From contig JAUCBJ010005564.1 of assembly GCA_032718475.1 (NCBI GenBank), positions 1-43,459 of the forward strand: 43,459 nt of DNA, given 5' to 3'. Positions 1 through 11,836 of this stretch are shown here, one piece after another (the first letter of the stretch is position 1; each line of letters begins with the position of its first letter). The DNA comes from Nemertoderma westbladi (taxonomy: Eukaryota; Animalia; Xenacoelomorpha). The translations under genes and the position numbers were made by a program. The notes below the pieces were generated by a model. That model was not told the origin of the DNA, made no database searches, and worked only from the letters and a program-made list of their open reading frames with translations.

Positions 1-365
1 GAAGACATCTTAATTTGGTGGGTTAAACTGCCAAAGGTCTGAAAGCGCGAACAACCTCTCCTGGGTAAAATCGACATGCGTCGACCTGTATTCTGTGTTC
101 AGCATTACATATTGATATACATATTACTACTATACATACTATATAGATATTATACACACTACATATTAAATTTCCTGGTTACTTGCAATATTTTTAATAG
201 TATTGTGTTGAATTATATAATATTGTAGTAATTTATATATTAAATTGGTTAACATTCAATACAGCTCCTACTTTAGGCTTAGTCAATTTATTATCTGATG
301 ATACAAACATGAATTAATTATTTCAAAGTGGTCTTAAGTCTTTCACCACGGGCACTCAGGGAAAT

Positions 366-505
366 GTCGGGGTCTGGGGGCGATAACCCCCAATGAAAGA
401 AGCGGGGGTTTGGGGGCGGTAGCCCCCAAGAAAAGAAGCGGGGGTTTGGGGGCGGCAGCCCCCAACAAAAGAAGCGGGGGTTTGGGGGCGGCAGCCCCCA
501 ATTAA
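366..505. repeat. Short tandem array (~4 x 36 bp) with a GC hairpin in each unit
   Basis: Unit AAGAAGCGGGGGTTTGGGGGCGGCAGCCCCCAA; TTGGGGGC-GGCA-GCCCCCAA forms an 8-bp stem. Resembles the end of a non-autonomous DNA element. Confidence 0.8.
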
Positions 506-675
506 AAGAAATTAAAAGAATTAAAGGAATTAAAAGAAAAACAAACAAAATTTGACTATAAAAATGTTTCTTTTATAATTTTGAAAAAACTTTTCTAGAT
601 ACAACTTGTCTTGTAACCATCTTTAACTTTTGTTTATTGCTTTGATGCACCCAGATTAATTTCAACACTTTAACT

Positions 676-806
676 GGGGGGGGGGGAAGTGTCCGGGGGG
701 CAAGTGTCCGGGGGGGAAGTGTCCGTGGGGGAAGTGTCCTACTTGGGCGGGGGGGAAGTGTCCGCGGGGGAAGTGTCCGGGGGGGGGGGGGGGGGGGAAG
801 TGTCCT
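676..806. repeat. G-rich tandem repeat (GGGGGAAGTGTCC)n with poly-G tract
   Basis: About seven copies of GGGGGAAGTGTCC read directly; poly-G at ~779-797. Confidence 0.8.
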
Positions 807-2149
807 AGATCCATTCACAACATGTGTAGTTTCGATAGAACCACACCACAGTATTAATCGCATTATTATTGTTTATAAACAGTATCAGCTGTACTCTATA
901 GGCCTAAACTGTACGGTCAAAGTGCTTTCTTAAGCACCAAATGAAAAAGCAATAATAAACATACAGATACAGAGGGGCTACATCCGCCCACACCACTAGC
1001 AATAGCAAGCAAGCATCGCCGGCTGGTCGTACCGCAACATATCGCGATCATGTACCTAATCACTATTCGCTTACCCGAGATGAAACGCTGAACTGTATAG
1101 AGCGAGCGTTAAACATATAATACGTAGTGAGCGTAATCGATGCATTTTAATTTATGAATACTCCGTGTCATTGCTTGAATTAAGCCTGTCCTGTATGAGT
1201 GCAGATACTATTACAAAGCACTAGCTGAGGAATATAAACCACCATTGTACTGTACGCGCGTCCAGAATAGTACAGTATTGTGTTATTTTTCTAATGTATA
1301 CATTAATGTATACAATACAAGGCTATGAATGTATATGATATTCTGCAACTGTTGTGCAATAATTTTTTAATGTACGTTATTTGTCACATTGATGTATAGA
1401 TGTAGGCCTACATGGTCGACTTAGAGGTGGATAGGTGCCAGGGGGTTTATTGTCAATAATGGTTTGAAGAGCTCTTTTTCAGGTCCATCAGTCCATTTAG
1501 TATTTTAATGTAAAAACACAACTAATATTAAATTTCATTCATAATTTAATCACATTCTCTATATTTAAAAAGTTTGATTCGTTCGCAAAGCATGAAAGCA
1601 AATCTCAATTTCGTTTAATGCTTTTCACAAATATGGGGTATTAAATTAATAATAATGGCTCATTTTGCGAATGCATGCCACTTCGATGAAAAATATTAAA
1701 ATTACGTCCGTGTCATCTACGGTGCCCCTAAAGGAACCTTTACTCCTTTAGGAGAAGAAAAATTATATCTACAGGCTGCAGCGCTCTAATTATTAAGAGC
1801 GCTCTTGACAATTATTAAGAATGCTTTTAATAATTATTCTAGAGCGCTCTGTTAAAATATTTTCAAATTGTCCCTTTAGGCTTTAGGGGCAGCGCGGGAG
1901 CTGTCATTGTGGTAGTGATTGATAATCATAATAATAAAATGTTTAAACCGCCCCGCCCCGACTAGTAAATAGCCAGTGCGGGTGTGCGACCAAATGTTCC
2001 TAGAGTAATATAATCAGTCTGTAGGTGTCTCACTTTCTGCTGGAAAAACTATGACAAATCTGTGTACCAGGTACGACAGCCTGATAGTGAGTGCCTGATA
2101 AGGCAGATAGGCGCGTTATATTTATAGCAGCGAATAATCGTGACTTGTT

Positions 2150-3337
2150 ATGCACCAAGTAAAGAAGCACCGAATCCTACCCCGTTGGTGTTCCCCATGT
2201 GTTATGTACACGTTACCGCTGATCGCGTGCGCCCTGGTACTGGTACTCTACGGAGGGAAGTCCTTCCTACCCCAGAATGATGTCGAAGCGACCAAGAAAT
2301 CCACGGTACTGGTAGCAGACGAGTCTCCCGGAAACGATCAGAAAACCTACCTGCTCAGCAACGCCCAGAAATCCCGATACAATAAGTACTTAACCTCAGA
2401 GCAGGTTGATCGAGGACTCAAAGCGATGAATTTAGTTGATGTTAACTCTTTGTACAACGACGAACTAACTCCAATACTGAGACCTAGAGTAACGGGATCC
2501 CACGGACACAAAATAGTTCGCAAATTTCTCGTTAATTATTTCAAGGATTTAAAAGGATGGAAAGTAGAAGAGGATTCGCACAAAGAGAGAGCTCCAGACC
2601 CTCACGGTGTTCTGGAATTCACCAACGTTATAGCAACTCTAGGGGAGACGCCAGAACGCTTAGTGTTGGCCTGCCATTACGATTCCAAATATTTCCCTAA
2701 ATCCGCGGACGGCGTGGAATTCGTTGGGGCCATCGATTCTGCCGTCCCCTGCGCTATGATGCTCCACTTAGCTAAACGGGTGACTCCGCTACTCGCGAAC
2801 AGTAAACTCGGTTTATCGCTGCAACTCATATTCTTCGACGGAGAAGAGGCTTTCGATACATGGACCTCGACGGATTCGCTTTACGGCTCGCGGCATTTGG
2901 CCACGAAGATGCACGAAACCCCGGCCCCTGGTCGCTCCGGACAGACTATGCTGTCTACTATAAGACTTTTCGTGCTATTAGACTTGCTCGGAACGCAGGA
3001 TTGCAGTTTCAAACGATTCCGTTCGCTTTCCAAAGGCGAGTCGGCTGTGGCGTACAAACAGCTGCGGGGGTTGGAGTTGCTCGCGAAGGATCACGGGAAC
3101 CTCCTCGCGGCGGACGAGGCGGTTGTCTTCCAGGACTCGGATACTTACAGCTCCGTTAGCGACGACCACCTCCCCTTCCTGCACCACGGCGTGCCGGTAC
3201 TGCATCTCGTCCCCTACCGGTTTCCCTCGGTCTGGCACGAGTTCTCCGATAACCTCGACGCCCTCCACAAACCGACTATCGATAAGTTGCTCAAGGTCCT
3301 TACCGGTTTCGTCGTCAATTATTTGGGTGTTAATTAA
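2150..3337 (+). CDS. QPCT: Glutaminyl-peptide cyclotransferase (QC/isoQC, M28 fold), single coding exon, 395 aa
   Basis: Motifs LVLACHYDSKYF, FVGAIDSAVPCAM, LQLIFFDGEEAF, DSLYGSRHLA, LLDLLG, DDHLPF, FPSVWH-x3-DN with zinc ligands D/E/H present. Basic N-terminal tail plus hydrophobic segment suggests a QPCTL-like type II anchor. AATAAA at ~3483. Confidence 0.95.
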   Translation: MHQVKKHRILPRWCSPCVMYTLPLIACALVLVLYGGKSFLPQNDVEATKKSTVLVADESPGNDQKTYLLSNAQKSRYNKYLTSEQVDRGLKAMNLVDVNSLYNDELTPILRPRVTGSHGHKIVRKFLVNYFKDLKGWKVEEDSHKERAPDPHGVLEFTNVIATLGETPERLVLACHYDSKYFPKSADGVEFVGAIDSAVPCAMMLHLAKRVTPLLANSKLGLSLQLIFFDGEEAFDTWTSTDSLYGSRHLATKMHETPAPGRSGQTMLSTIRLFVLLDLLGTQDCSFKRFRSLSKGESAVAYKQLRGLELLAKDHGNLLAADEAVVFQDSDTYSSVSDDHLPFLHHGVPVLHLVPYRFPSVWHEFSDNLDALHKPTIDKLLKVLTGFVVNYLGVN

Positions 3338-4763
3338 TTAATAATGAAAATATGTTTATTTAATGTGGATTTTAATGAAAATATATTAATTAATTAAGTG
3401 CGATATTTTGGTACATACCAAAATATTCCCGGTATGTAAAATAAGTGAAATTCCCTTAGGAAATTAATATTTTTGATAGTAAAATAAAGTTTGAGTTCAA
3501 CAATGTTTGTGTAATTCACATGAAATCTGAACCGCGTTGATGACATTATATTATTAATAAAAGATCTAAAAACTTCAGAAGTAAAATCATCTCTAAAAAA
3601 CTATTTCATAAGTGAAATTTATTTTAAATCATACATCATAGTAGAGCTTCAAACTGAAACTGAAATAAATCAAAACGAGTCAAATTTCGTCTTCCTTTAA
3701 AGCGGTTCAGATTAATTCTAAACACCGGAAACTCACTTTTTGTGCGTAACTAAACAGCAAGAAAGTAGGGGGGGCGCGGGCGGGGGGGGTGGTTAAGGCC
3801 AGTTTTTGTGCTAATTAATATACTTCGTTATACTAAATACCTTTTTTTTAATCAACATTCATTAACGCCGTCGCTATTGACAACGCGTTGCAATTACAGG
3901 TCATCCTGCCAATCACTCAAATGCTGCATAATATGCAGCATCTAAGATTTAGTTAAGACGGAGCCGTTACAAACCTTAATCATTTATTATTTATTTTTGT
4001 TATATTCATTCATAACAAACCAATAACTTTATTATACTGTACTATACTATCTGTATGTTGTTAAACATTTTATATTTCTATACTTAATGCAAAATTGGGA
4101 AATTCCTCCAAATATAATCGCTTTTTTTCTTCGTAAATCTTACAGTTTTGGAGTTTATTTCGTTTGCTGCAACTTACTTTTTCTTCCTTCGTGTAATAAA
4201 CTACACAGGTAAACACGCTGTAAAAAAACTATACTTTACCCACATGTATGTAAATACTTAATCTTGTTATTTATTCCAGTTGTATAAGTAAAGTAACCTA
4301 CTATATATACTGGTAAATATGGCTGAATTGTAGAGTTTTTTATTCTAGTCCACGGGCAATCTTTATGGAGATTCAATTAATTAGATGTTAGTTATTATTA
4401 TTTTATTTACAAAATAAATAACGGCACAGCGTATGTAGGAATAATTAGTAGAATATAATAATGAACAAGTATATACATTTACGTTACTGTTGTCTAACAG
4501 GGTGTGTAAGTGTACTGTATGTGGGCATTTTATTAATTATTTTATTTTTTTAGATATATGTTTTGATGAATTACTTTGGGGATATAATTTTGGTAAATAT
4601 TTATTAATGTCTATGAACTATGATATATTTTTTGCGTATATTTCGTTCTTATAGTACTAATTAGTTTAGTAGTTCAATATTTGTGACTCTTATTGCGGTT
4701 ATCTTAGCAGAATGCTACATAATTATTTACTTAAGAGCTAGATGTATATTACATCTAGCCGGA

Positions 4764-5875
4764 GGCGACCCGAAGGTAGGGATGGGCGCTAAGGTAGGGG
4801 TGGGCGCTACTTCTATCTGCTACCCGAAGGTAGGGGTGGGCACTACTCCTATCTGCTACCCGAAGGTAGGGGTGGGCGCTACTCCTATCTGCTACCCGCG
4901 AGGGTAGGGGTGGGCACTACTCCTATCTGCTACCCGAGGGTAGGGGTGGGCGCTACTCCTATCTGCTACCCGAAGGTAGGGATGGGCGCTACTCCTATCT
5001 GCTACCCGAAGGTAGGGGTGGGCGCTACTCCTATCTGCTACCCGAAGGTAGGGGTGGGCGCTGCTCCTATCTGCTACCCGAAGGGAGGGGTGGGCGATAC
5101 TCCAATCTGCTACCCAAAGGTCGGGGTGGGCGCTACTCCTAACTGTTACCCGAAGGTAGGGGTGGGCGCTGCTCCTATCTGCTACCCGAAGGTAGGGGTG
5201 AGCGCTGCTCCTATCTGCTACCCGAAGGGATGGGTGGGCGATACTCCAATCTGCTACCCAAAGGTCGGGGTGGGCGCTACTCCTATCTGTTACCCGAAGG
5301 TAGGGGTGGGCGCTACTCCTATCTGTTACCCGGAGGTAGGGGTGGGCGCTACTCCTATCTGTTACCCGAAGGTAGGGATGGGCTCTGCTCCTATCTGCTA
5401 CCCGAAGGGAGGGGTGGGCGATACTCCAATCTGTTACCCAAAGGTCGGGGTGGGCGCTACTCCTATCTGCTACCCGAGGGTAGGGGTGGGCGCTACTCTT
5501 ATCTTCTACCCGAAGGTAGGGATGGGCGCTACTCCTATCTGCTACCCGAAAGTAGGGGTGGGCGCTACTCTTATCTTCTACCCGAAGGTAGGGATGGGCG
5601 CTTCTCCTATCTGCTACCCGAGGGTAGGGGTGGGCGCTACTCCTATCTGCTACCCGAAGGTAGGGATGGGCGCTACTCCTATCTGCTACCCGAAGGTAGG
5701 GGTGGGCGCTACTCCTATCTGCTACCCGAAGGTAGGGATGGGCGCTACTCCTATCTGCTACCCGAAGGTAGGTGTGGGCGCTACTCCTATTTGCTACCCG
5801 AAGGTAGGTGTGGGCGCTACTCCTATTTGCTACCCGAATGTAGGGGTGGTCGCTACTCCCGTCTGCTACCCGAAA
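4764..5875. repeat. 36-bp GC-rich minisatellite, ~30 copies
   Basis: Unit GCTACCCGAAGGTAGGGGTGGGCGCTACTCCTATCT; produces 12-aa repeat ORFs in several frames on both strands. Confidence 0.95.
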
Positions 5876-7449
5876 TTTTATATTGAACAACTCCTTTTAT
5901 ATAGAAGCTCGCCATCTATTTATAGGTATCGAAACATAGCGTACTCTATTAATATAGTACGCTATGTATCGAAACGAAATATGAAATCTAAATATTCTGG
6001 AATTATCCGTTCCCTGTGTGTTCGAGTATATTAAGTAATCTGCATCTGCGATAGTCGTGCGATGAGTTTACCCTTCCCCGATGCGAACACGCCATGTGAG
6101 GACCAATATAATGTTAGTTTGACCGCCCCCGCAAGTACAACCAAATGATAAAGCAGGTTTCCCGCCAGAGTTTGCTTTTCTGGGTTTTCTTCCTTTATTT
6201 TTAAATATTTTCTTTTTTTTTGTAGGATTTTCTTCACTTTAACTTTTATTATCATTTTAATAACTTTTCCTTATTAAAGTTTCCGTTTTTCTCTCTACCA
6301 TTGCTTGTAATTTATTCATGGTCTCGATTTAATGTTCATTTAAAACTGCCCCTTTTATGGCTGTATTCTTCATAGTACAACATTTAGTCGGATCTCATTA
6401 GGAAATTATAAAATTGTTCTTATCTGAACAGCTTCCTAATACGTTTATCCTTTTCATTGAAAAATTAAATTTCATTTATTTTTTTTAACAGAGTTGCGTT
6501 ATAGCGTATTGTTTTGTTCTTAAATTCTTTCTTTTCGGCTCGAAAGAATGTACCCCAAAATTGGGAGAAAAAGGAGTACTTTTTTTCCCTAGGGATTATA
6601 GTGATTTTACTTTTTTTTCCAGCGAAAAAAGTAAAATTAAAATTTTTTGGTTGAATTTCTTAAATGTAGCACATGGCACATGTATTGAAAGTTTTGCACG
6701 TATTCTTGTTACACAAGATTGTTATTAAATGTGTTGAAAGAGCATCGAAGTACATAGTAAAGGTTTGCAAGTAATAAGAGAAAAATCCATGCATACACTC
6801 AAAACTTATGGCAAGTATGTGTCGGAGTTGAAGAGTACCATAATTGGAATCGCAGAACTATGGAAGCAATATGGTAAAATAAAAATACTATTTTGTTCTA
6901 TATCTTTATTAAAAAAATTAAGCATCAAAAAAATACCAATCTAAGAATAAAATTACGTATCACATGGGAAACAAACATATAAGATTTTTTTCAATATTCT
7001 CTCGGTCCGTATTAACCTCGCTGACGCTCTGTAAATAAAATGCCTCGAGAATAATTAATAGTGAAAAAAATGTTCTACTTACTTTTTTTTCCATGTAATA
7101 AATAATTTTATTTGATTTTTTTGAACATGAAAATTTCTTTATTTACTTTGTTTTTTTAGCTGAGTGTTCTGAATATAAATGTGCCCAACTTTGTCATGTT
7201 TTTAATTTTTCGAGGTGGTATTTAATTTGGTAATTTGTCCTACAATACTCTTCTTATTTTTGTTGTTTATACTTTATACGGTGGCCGAATTTATTTGTGA
7301 CTTGTATTGTTGTAGAGAATTACATTCCTGTATTTGTGTCTATTGCGTTTGTGAAGGTAATTCTTGTTATTTATATCTGTGTATGTATTTATGAGGGGTT
7401 ACATGTTGCTATAATGTTACTATGTCAGGTGAGACAATGTGATCCATGG

Positions 7450-7560
7450 CAAAAATCCTTAAAAAAACTTTTTATGCTATAACCCCACCCCACCCGGGGG
7501 GGGGGGGGGGGGGGGGGGGGGCTGGAGTTATAGCATAAAGTTTTTTTTAAGGATTTTTTG
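7450..7560. repeat. ~36-bp inverted repeat enclosing a poly-G tract
   Basis: AAAAATCCTTAAAAAAACTTTTTATGCTATAACCCC (7451-7486) pairs with GGAGTTATAGCATAAAGTTTTTTTTAAGGATTTTT (7524-7558) around ~26 G. Confidence 0.8.
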
Positions 7561-9257
7561 TGACTTAGGGGGGGGGGGGGGGGGGGTCGGTTTGTATGTA
7601 CTTTAGATATTGGCATTGATTTCTGCTAAAACTATCAAGGTGCTATTTAATTATTCACTGTAGTACAGACTGCACTATATATTGCTAACATATTATTGAA
7701 TTGCGATTACATTATATGTAAATCAATACATTAGAAAATATCTTTAAACGTGGTGAAGTTATGTTTATGAATATATTTATTACAATTTAATCTCTAAATT
7801 CTGAACTTGTTATTTTCATTATTATGGATATGGAACTATTGATTTGATATTTACACAATTGGATAACTGTGTTATAAAGTTATTACTCTATATATAAAGT
7901 AATATATTATTGCGTTACCATTGACAACCATTGAGTAAAAAATTTAAAAGTTTTTTAATATTTGTTTAATTAGTATACCGTATAATGATATTTGATAAAA
8001 AAAAAAGTTCGCAAGAAGTAGTTTTTGTCACTTTTCCGCACGACTTGGCAGGCTTTTTGCCATCGGTTTGTACTCAAAATGCCAACGAGTGCAAAACTCA
8101 TCGCACGAAGGCGGAGTATATGAATCTCGGACATATGAAATTAGTTGCAAGAAGTTCTTCCCGATAAGGTAGTACATTAGAGAAGTACATTATTTTATCT
8201 GACTAATAAAATAAATTTCTTAATAAAATTGAAGCAGTTGAATGGTGTCAACTGTCAATATAAGTTGTCAATATCATTGTTTGTAAGTTTTACCAACAAC
8301 GACATATCTACGGAGTTGGGTTGGAGCTCAATACGACGCTTCTATCCCCGAGACAACTAAATGTCTACACATGGTTGAGGTCTCCTCATGAAAAACCTAA
8401 CATAACAAAGATACGGTCGGGATAGGCCCGGACCTTTATGAAATAGTATATATATTATTAGGTACTCACTCAAGTCAATGATTCGTGTAAAATGTTGGTC
8501 GAAAATATCACAGGTGACGGGAGGTTGGTTTGTCATACGCCAACTGAAATAGCACAAAAATTTACACTTGAATAATTTTAGGCGTCACACAGTTTTGCTC
8601 GCGGCTATAGATATGACCTTACATCACTTCAGAATAATTATCCGTAATTAATTTGCTTCGGGCCACCAGAGACCGAGCTTGTATGAATAAACATCAACTA
8701 TACGCGTGTACGTTGAGTTGAATTAACCAAGCGTAGATATTTCGGGGCCGTCCCTATTGAACTGATTTTAAATGGGCCAGATGGTTCTTAGACCATGACA
8801 GTGCGTGCGTTACGTATAGCAACGGGTGGATGGATAATGTACGTGGTTTCAATTTGGCATTCCTTTGCAGTGAATATTAACGTAATAATGATAACAAATA
8901 GGATCCATTGGTTAATCTTGGCTACAACTACAGTATAACGGACAATGAATTATTCTATCTCTTATTAAGTAAACGTATTGTTCAAGGTAAGTTATGTTGG
9001 TTCACGTAACATTGCCAAGAATTTAATTCGATTGCTAAGACAATTCCAATAACAGTTTCATGTTCTAAGCATGTTCTCTTGATTGAAATTGTTGGCTACA
9101 TTATTCAGTTATACATAATTCGTGTAGAAATAAGAAGGTTAGTTTAATAAGAATTATTCTTTAGTTCATCGTCAGCATATTGCGTGTAGGTGCCTGTCGC
9201 CGGTGGAGTAAGGGCGACTAGGCGAAGTATGGGGAATATTGGCGGGTTATAAAAGCT

Positions 9258-9589
9258 ATGGACCCGGCCTACGTGAGGCGACTCAAGGGTGAATACCCCC
9301 GGTCGCCGCTGGGGGGCGTGCGTGGTTGCCAGGGAGACAGGTTTATACCAGTTAGGTCAGGAGTTATCTGGCGACCGCAGACGATCGACTTGATTGCTGA
9401 CCGGCCGGAAGTCGTTGCCAAGGTAACCACGAAACCAACGCCTAGTTTAGCGTATAAGTGTCTCCTAGGCAACGAGTTGTTGGGGCGATGTTTCGACAAC
9501 CTTATTGCCGTTCACGACGCCCACGCAGTAGACCAGACTGGGGCGACTGCTTCAACATCGTCGTCATTGTGCAACGAAAACACCTTCAG
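9258..9589 (+). CDS. FZR1: Fizzy-related/Cdh1 (APC/C activator), coding exon 1 of 6
   Basis: MDPAYVRRL (cf. Cdh1 MDQDYERRL), C-box DRFIPVR, YKCLLGNELLG; donor CAG|GTAATT at 9590. The six exons total 1458 nt = 485 aa plus stop, with all splice phases compatible. Confidence 0.88.
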
Positions 9590-10555
9590 GTAATTTATTA
9601 TTCGTTTTCTACACTTTTAATCAATTAATATTTTTTTGTAGAATAATAAAACACTATGATGTGCTCCTGTCGAAATATGTGTGTTACTAGGTTACTAGGT
9701 AACATGTTACTAGGTTAAAATAACTTAATAATAACAGGCCCATTTTTCTACAGTTAAACTACTGTATCTTTTGTGAACCTTTTTTAAAATTATGAAAAAA
9801 AATGCAAAACTGAACTATGAGAATGCTTTATACTATATTTCAGGTTGCATCAGGGGTTATTTTCATTAAATTCCGTTTTAGATATATGCGTCGCCTGCCG
9901 TCACGTAGTTTGAACGAAAGCTTAATTTACATAATTTATGTAAATTCAAATTATTAAAAAATTAGAAATATTCCACCCGTAGTTTAATTGGCACAAACTG
10001 ACAATATTGCCTGTTGCCTAAAATGATTGCCATTGTCAATCGACTATATATTTTGATGGTATAGCACTGGTATCCATAATCCATATTCAAAGCACAAAGA
10101 CCGGGTTGGGATTATGGGCCCTAAACGCCACGTGGCAGATAAATAATTGGAAGCATCTATAATGAATTAGATAGGCCACCTGGCAGTCATACACTAACTA
10201 TATAGAAAAGTATTGATCGAAAACCCCAACCACAAGCAATGCAATCCATGCAAAGCTGCAAAATCGCATTAGTGGAGCAGAGGAGTTTGCGTAACTGTAA
10301 TTGGATGGACGAGATTGTATTATTATATTATATTGCTGCAGTTTCGCCAATATAATTACTGTTATTATGGCAACAATAGAAATTAAATACAAAAAAGTTC
10401 TAGACTTTATTACTTTGTAAATTATTTTTATATGCTGCTGTGCTGAAGCACTTAATAGGTAAGTTAACTGTAAGACCGTATCGTGTTACGTACGACTACC
10501 GATACACATTAATAAAATTAATTATGTTTTGACTTATTAAGACTCAGTTTTATGT

Positions 10556-11460
10556 GTTAGTAGTAGGCCTTGTGCGACCTCATTAGTGGATTTTAGCTAT
10601 TGAAAACTGTTTTCATATATCATATAATTATTACGATAGCTAAGTGGTACTGGTGTGGCCCGTGTCACAATTATTAAGCTTTTTTATGGCTATTGTGGCT
10701 TGTTTTGGGTTATTGAAATTTTCTGGAACATATTGTGGACTCATTACATGTTAAATATTTGTGGTAGCTAGTGTTTTTGATGGTAGCTAGTGTTTTTATA
10801 TAGTAGCTACTTATTTTTATTTTATTTTTTTTTATATTGGTGATTGTTCTAGAACCTTATGGGATATTTTTTTTATGGTAGCTAGTGTTGTTTTACTAGC
10901 TAGTATTTTTTGAAAATGTAAACAAAATTAAAAAGAATTAATATACACTGTAAACTGTTATAATATCAACAATATTTTTGGTCATTAATATATTTTGCAA
11001 CAGTTTAAATCATTGTTTTCACATTTTCTATATAATTTCAACAAATACTAGCTAGTAAAAAAACACAAGGTACCATAAAATACATATCTACTAATGTTCT
11101 AGAACTACTTACCAATAACAAAAATTGCAGTATTTTTTAAATTTCAAAAATGGTTAGGTAAACTATATTCCCACCAGTAGTGCTCTATTGCGTTTGACAC
11201 TAGTTAAACACTAGCTAACATCAAAAATACTAGCTACAGTACCACAATAATTTATCATGTAATGAGTCCACAATATGTTCCTGAACATAAATCAATAGTC
11301 AAAAACAGCTATAAAACAGCTATAAAAAAGGCAGAATAATGGTGACACGGGCTACACTGGTACCGCCGGTACCAATTATACCAATTTTTGAGTTTTAGGA
11401 ACACGAGATATGGTAACTTGAAATAAAGATTAACGTAGGGTGAATAGGCCTACAACTACC
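10556..11460. mobile_element. Fold-back/MITE-like long imperfect inverted repeat in fzr intron 1
   Basis: Nested reverse-complement arm matches: 10644-10675 with 11335-11366; 10723-10797 with 11205-11283; 10892-10908 with 11043-11059. Outer ends approximate. Confidence 0.75.
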
Positions 11461-11564
11461 AACTGAATAATTAAATTAGCTACCTGTGTTTCCATTAAAA
11501 ATTTCCCTTTGACATGCTGCTCGAAACCCCACAACGCTTTAATGAAATCACATACGTGTTACAG

Positions 11565-11836
11565 GTATACCACGGCACCCCGGGGCGGCAATAAGGCGAA
11601 GGGGTGCGCTGGTGTACGTCTCCCACAAGACCCGATCCTGAGTCCCCCTTCGGTGCGACTCCTGCAGACCAGACCCAGTGGACTCCACCAAACCCGAATC
11701 CCCACCAACCCCTACAAGATCTTGGACGCCCCTGAGCTCAAGGACGACTTCTACCTGAATTTGTTGGACTGGTCCTCCGGTAACATCCTCGCGGTTGGAC
11801 TCGGATCCAGTGTATATCTATGGAACGCTTGGACTG
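11565..11836 (+). CDS. FZR1: Fizzy-related/Cdh1, coding exon 2
   Basis: Acceptor TTACAG|G; [40 protein letters not shown] (start of WD40 propeller); donor G|GTATGT at 11837. Confidence 0.92.

Noticed and set aside
318-863. Proline-rich minus-strand ORFs
   Set aside because: Translations of G-rich tandem repeats.
1723-1891. Small MITE with 11-bp inverted ends TGCCCCTAAAG
   Set aside because: The inverted match is real but short, with no clear target-site duplication and no second copy in the window.
4892-6034. Long repetitive ORFs of 332, 374 and 218 aa
   Set aside because: They arise from a 36-bp unit that is stop-free in several frames on both strands; there is no non-repetitive domain or gene context.
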